Made by a program: the position numbers and the translations under genes
Notes under the pieces: model-generated
Database searches by the model: none
Told to the model about the DNA's origin: nothing
What the model saw: the letters and a program-made list of their open reading frames with translations, nothing else
In this document: positions 60,211 to 64,000 of the stretch, in pieces
Layout of the letters: each line of letters opens with the position of its first letter
How positions within the stretch are numbered: the first letter of the stretch is position 1
Source: Felis catus
Lineage: Eukaryota
NCBI RefSeq assembly: GCF_018350175.1
Contig: NC_058368.1
Location: forward strand, 195,612,001 to 195,676,000
Reading direction: 5' to 3'
Length of the DNA stretch: 64,000 bases

Positions 60211-61050
60211 GTAGGTGGCTAGAGGGGGTGGGGGTGGCCAAGGGAGACCCTCCTTCCCTCCCCGGACTGTCAGAGCAAAGGCCCTCCCTGGCCCCCTGTC
60301 TGGTGTCAGATCACCATGGTGAGTTGCCGTGGTGACCACTGAACCATTGGCCAAGGGAGAGACCTGCTGCCTTGTCCTGGGCTCGTGTTTCTTGATGAGT
60401 TCCCCTGGCCTCAGGGGTCACTCTGCAGATGTGGCATTTGGGGCATGGCCTAAAATTGTTGGTGGGGGGACAGTGTAGCAGGCTTCCCTGGTAAGCCCCG
60501 GATGGTGAAAGGAGGTTGTGATAAGGTAGGGAAGTTGCAGCATCAGGAAGGGGGAGCACGGGGTTCCTCTGTCACCCTTGTAGCTGGTTCAGGGAGGGAC
60601 TATTACAGAAGGACAGGATGCGACGCTTTATAGCACTGCTTTGAACCGGCTGGAAGTCTCCAAAATTGAGGCTATGCCCTTGTGTCCCATGCATGTTCCT
60701 CCTCCATCCCCGACCCCAGGCCGGTATTTCCAGGCTGGAGGCGGAGCCAAATTCCTGTCTGTTCTCTTAGCCTCTCCACTCCACACAGCCCGGGTTCTTC
60801 TCCAGATTCCTGGGCCTTGCTGCCCTCCCTGGGCCTCCAGCACATTTGAAAGTCAGGCCTCCATTAGTCTTTTGCTTATGTGCCTAGCAATTTTAGTTTT
60901 CTTTTTCTGTCGCTGTAAGGTATTTGTTCTGATTACAAAAGTAATGTGACACTCATTCGAAAAATACTGAGAACCCCACCACCTAGAGATGCCCCCAGTT
61001 GGCAACAGTCCTAAGTTCTATTCTGTACTTATCAATTTATAATCTGTTTT

Positions 61051-61275
61051 TTTTTTTTTTAATTTTTTTTTTCAACATTTATTTATTTTTGGGACAGAGA
61101 GAGACAGAGCATGAACGGGGGAGGGGCAGAGAGAGAGGGAGACACAGAATGGGAAACAGGCTCCAGGCTCTGAGCCATCAGCCCAGAGCCCGACGCGGGG
61201 CTCGAACTCACGGACCGCGAGACCGTGACCTGGCTGAAGTCAGACGCTTAACCGACTGCGCCACCTAGGCGCCCC
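61051..61275 (-). mobile_element. Young felid SINEC_Fc-like SINE
   Basis: TSD TATAATCTGTTTT at 61038-61050 and 61276-61288. Confidence 0.95.
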
Positions 61276-61307
61276 TATAATCTGTTTTTAAAAATAAATG
61301 GGAAAAT

Positions 61308-61481
61308 GGGGCGCCTGGGTGGTTCAGTCGGTTAAGCGTCCAACTTCGGCTCAGGTCATGATCTCGCGGTCCGTGAGTTCGAGCCCCATGTCGGGCTCTG
61401 TGCTGACAGCTCAGAGCCTGGAGCCTGCTTCAGATTCTGTGTCTCCCTCTCTCTCTGCCCCTCCCCTGCTTGCACTCTGTT

Positions 61482-61530
<49 letters not shown>

Positions 61531-61560
61531 AATAAATAAACATGAGAAATTTTTTAAAAA
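61308..61560 (+). mobile_element. SINEC_Fc-like SINE with long (CT)n
   Basis: Full-length sense SINEC. Confidence 0.93.
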
Positions 61561-61572
61561 GCAGAAAAATTA

Positions 61573-61796
61573 GGGGTGCCTGGGTGGCTCAGTCGGTCAA
61601 GCCTCCGACTTCGGCTCAGGTTATGATCTCTCGGTTCGTGAGTTCAAACCCCGCATTGGGCTCTGTGCTGACAGCTCAGAGCCTGGAGCCTGACTCAGAT
61701 TCTGTGTCTCCCTCCCTTTCTGCCCCTCCCGGCTCACGCTCTGTCTCTCTCTGTCTCTCAATAATAAATAAACATTAAAAAAAATTTTTTTTTTAG
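61573..61796 (+). mobile_element. SINEC_Fc-like SINE at the tail of the preceding SINE
   Basis: TSD GCAGAAAAATTA at 61561-61572 and 61797-61808. Confidence 0.93.
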
Positions 61797-62137
61797 GCAG
61801 AAAAATTATATCCTATATACTGCATCGCAGATTGCTGTTTTTCTTTTCTCCTTTAAAATTAACTATATCTTTGAGGGTATTCTATTTTTGTGTAAAACAT
61901 ACATTTCTTCGATTCTGAGTACTCTTTATCATATGTTACTGTGTCTGAAATTGGGATACCTTTTCCCATTGTTTTTTGTATTTAATGATGTAGGATTGTT
62001 TTTCTTCCCTGAGGAGTTGTTCTGTCGTGTGTGGCAAATAATTTAGGGTCGTCTTAGAAACGAGGCAGGGTATTAGGGGCCTGATTTTCTTACCAGCTGC
62101 GCAGCACCTTGTTTTTAGTTTGTGCTAGACTTTTCTT

Positions 62138-62259
62138 TTCTTTTTTTAATATATGAAATTTATTGTCACATTGGTTTCCGTACAACACCCAGTGCTCATG
62201 CCAAAAGATGCCCTCCTCAATGCCCATCACCCACCCTCCCCTCCCTCCCACCCCCCATC
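62138..62259 (-). mobile_element. 5'-truncated felid-type L1 insertion (about 120-bp 3' end)
   Basis: T tract then 'aatatatgaaatttattgtca..ttggtttcc.tacaacacccagtgctcat' (recalled cat L1 3' end); TSD TGTGCTAGAC(T/G)TTTCTT at 62121-62137 and 62260-62276. Confidence 0.85.
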
Positions 62260-62712
62260 TGTGCTAGACGTTTCTTAACCCACCTCCTCTGCGTAGGTGG
62301 TCCTCTAGAGTTTGCTGTGAGACAGACATTGCTGAGGCAGCCAGCCTTGTGCTTACGCACTTGCACACTTGTGCAAGGGCATCTTTAGGTTTCATTTTCA
62401 GAGAGAGATGCCAGGTGAAGGAAAACGAGAACGTGATGCCTGAGTACGTAGTCCCAGGTTGCACATGTGTTCCGTAATTATACCCCCAAATTATATAATG
62501 CTCCTTTGCTGTTAGTCTTGCTTTCCTGGCAAGGATAAAACATGGCAGTTGATAAAAGTTCCTCCTTAGGGAACACTGAATTTCCAAGAAGAGAGGGTTT
62601 GAGGCAGCGTCCGTGGCCACCGTCCTCCCTCACACACTGCTGGTCTGCATGGAGCTGTCCCTCTTTGTACCTTCGCTGCCTATCTCTTGCTAACCCCAGT
62701 CTCTCCCCACAG

Positions 62713-62778
62713 CTGCTCGAAGTGAACAAGCAGTGGGACCAGCATTTCCGGTCCATGAAGCAGCAGTACGAGCAGAAG
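62713..62778 (+). CDS. TNIP1: TNIP1 exon 10 (LLEVNKQWDQHFRSMKQQYEQK)
   Basis: ccacag|CTG...AAG|gtactg, 66 nt, phase 0-0. Confidence 0.97.
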
Positions 62779-62942
62779 GTACTGGGGGGTTATGGGAACC
62801 CAGGGCTGTGAACCCCAGGCTCCTGGCTGTGCTGTCGGAGCATCCCCGGGCTTCTGCCTGCTGCTTCCTTCTCAGGAGCTTTGAACCTTGGAGGTTCACC
62901 CCTTCCCTCACGCACTATCCCCCCTCTCGCCTTTGAACCCAG

Positions 62943-63074
62943 ATCACCGAGCTGCGCCAGAAGCTGGCGGACCTACAGAAGCAGGTGACTGACCTGGAGG
63001 CTGAGCGGGAGCAGAAGCAGCGTGACTTTGACCGGAAGCTCCTCCTGGCCAAGTCCAAGATTGAAATGGAGGAG
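62943..63074 (+). CDS. TNIP1: TNIP1 exon 11 (ITELRQKLADLQKQVTDLEAEREQKQRDFDRKLLLAKSKIEMEE); gene continues beyond window
   Basis: acccag|ATC...GAG|gcaagt, 132 nt, GC donor; the A20-binding AHD1 and UBAN domains lie downstream, outside the window. Confidence 0.93.
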
Positions 63075-63342
63075 GCAAGTCGGCTGCCCGTCCCTGCGGC
63101 TCCAGCTTGGGAGGCCGCTCTCCCGCCTCATTAGCCGAGAATTCTGTGAAGTGAACGGGCGGGGCGGAAGGCTGGAGTTGGGAGACCTGGGGGCTCCGTC
63201 TCTGCCTCTAGTGCTCAGGGCTATGTGGCCACAGGCAGAAGCACTTTCCTCCCCTGTGCCCCCGTTTCCCATCTGAAAAGTGAAGAGATCGGATTAGCTG
63301 TTGCTTTCCATGTTTTCTTGCTTTCATGCAGAAGAGCTTTTT

Positions 63343-63530
63343 TTTTTTAATTTATTTTGAGAGCATGTGGGGAAGGGGCAGAGAGCGAGGGAGAGGGAGA
63401 GAGAGAATCCCAAGCAGGGTCTGCACTGCCAGCAAAGAGCCCAATACGGGGCTCGAACCCACGAACCATGAGGTCATGACCCAAGCCGAAGTCTGCCGCT
63501 TAGTGGACCGAGCCACCCAGGCACTCGCGC
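63343..63530 (-). mobile_element. SINEC SINE
   Basis: TSD GCAGAAGAGCTTTTT at 63328-63342 and 63531-63545. Confidence 0.9.
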
Positions 63531-64000
63531 GCAGAAGAGCTTTTTGTTCACTTAAAATCTCACGGACCAGGGAACCGTACAGGGAAGCGCAATACAAGAG
63601 ACACAGAGGCTGCTCTGGAACACTTGACGGGGCTGGGCCGCTGCTGACTGTTTAGAGTAGTGATGGCTGTTTGGGGGTGGGGCAGCTAAAACATTAGGCA
63701 GGGGCTTCCTTTCTTCACGCATCGAGCGACTACTCAACAGTGTGTACCTGGCATTGTGCTGGGCACAGAGGCTCAGCGGCGAACAGCCCAGTCCTGCCCT
63801 TGGTGGGAAAGAAACACTAAACAGCTCATCACAGAAGCAAATAAGTAGAAGTGTGTTAAAGTACCACAGGAGGAGTTAGAAGGATCAGGGAGAGGGCGGA
63901 AAGGGAGACCAGGAGAAATAGTATCTGGCCTGTCAGTGTGCGACTGACAGCAGCCAAGGCACTCCAGGATCCCAGGACAGCTTAAAGAGGAAAGGCCATT

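Noticed and set aside
61298..61778. Recurring 'GAWVAQSVK…SVSPSLSAPP' ORF family and tRNA-like heads
   Set aside because: All are SINEC translations; the heads are tRNA-derived A/B boxes, not tRNA genes
1..64000. CRISPR arrays, operons, viral or horizontally acquired inserts
   Set aside because: No regularly spaced repeats and no foreign-looking coding block; the window is explained as a spliced mammalian ANXA6-TNIP1 locus

Overview
Mammalian genomic DNA from a felid (many SINEC_Fc-type tRNA-derived SINEs and a felid-type L1 3' end; species not determinable). Two known genes lie in tandem on the + strand. (1) The 3' end of ANXA6 (annexin A6): the last six coding exons, including the 18-nt VAAEIL microexon, with TAG stop at 9556-9558 and 3'UTR to about 10.3 kb. 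(2) The 5' part of TNIP1 (ABIN-1): a CpG-island promoter and non-coding exon 1 near 27.3 kb, two probable distal first exons (about 15.3 kb and 21.2 kb), and coding exons 2-11 (ATG 43452; 379 codons in window; gene continues past the window). I assembled the exons by hand from splice signals; they join in frame with no lesions. The rest of the window is introns and intergenic DNA with SINE, MIR, L1, L2, CR1, MLT and MER repeats. Almost all entries in the ORF track are spurious. I found no new gene family. The best leads concern RNA processing and regulation: a weak ANXA6 poly(A) signal combined with a phase-compatible in-frame ANXA6-TNIP1 read-through junction, ratchet-like YnCAG|GT sites at the TNIP1 first-exon ends, a kB site at each candidate promoter, tight inverted SINE pairs, a GC-AG intron and an exonic decoy donor. 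These are hypotheses that need RNA-seq or ChIP data. Comparisons to human are from memory and unverified.
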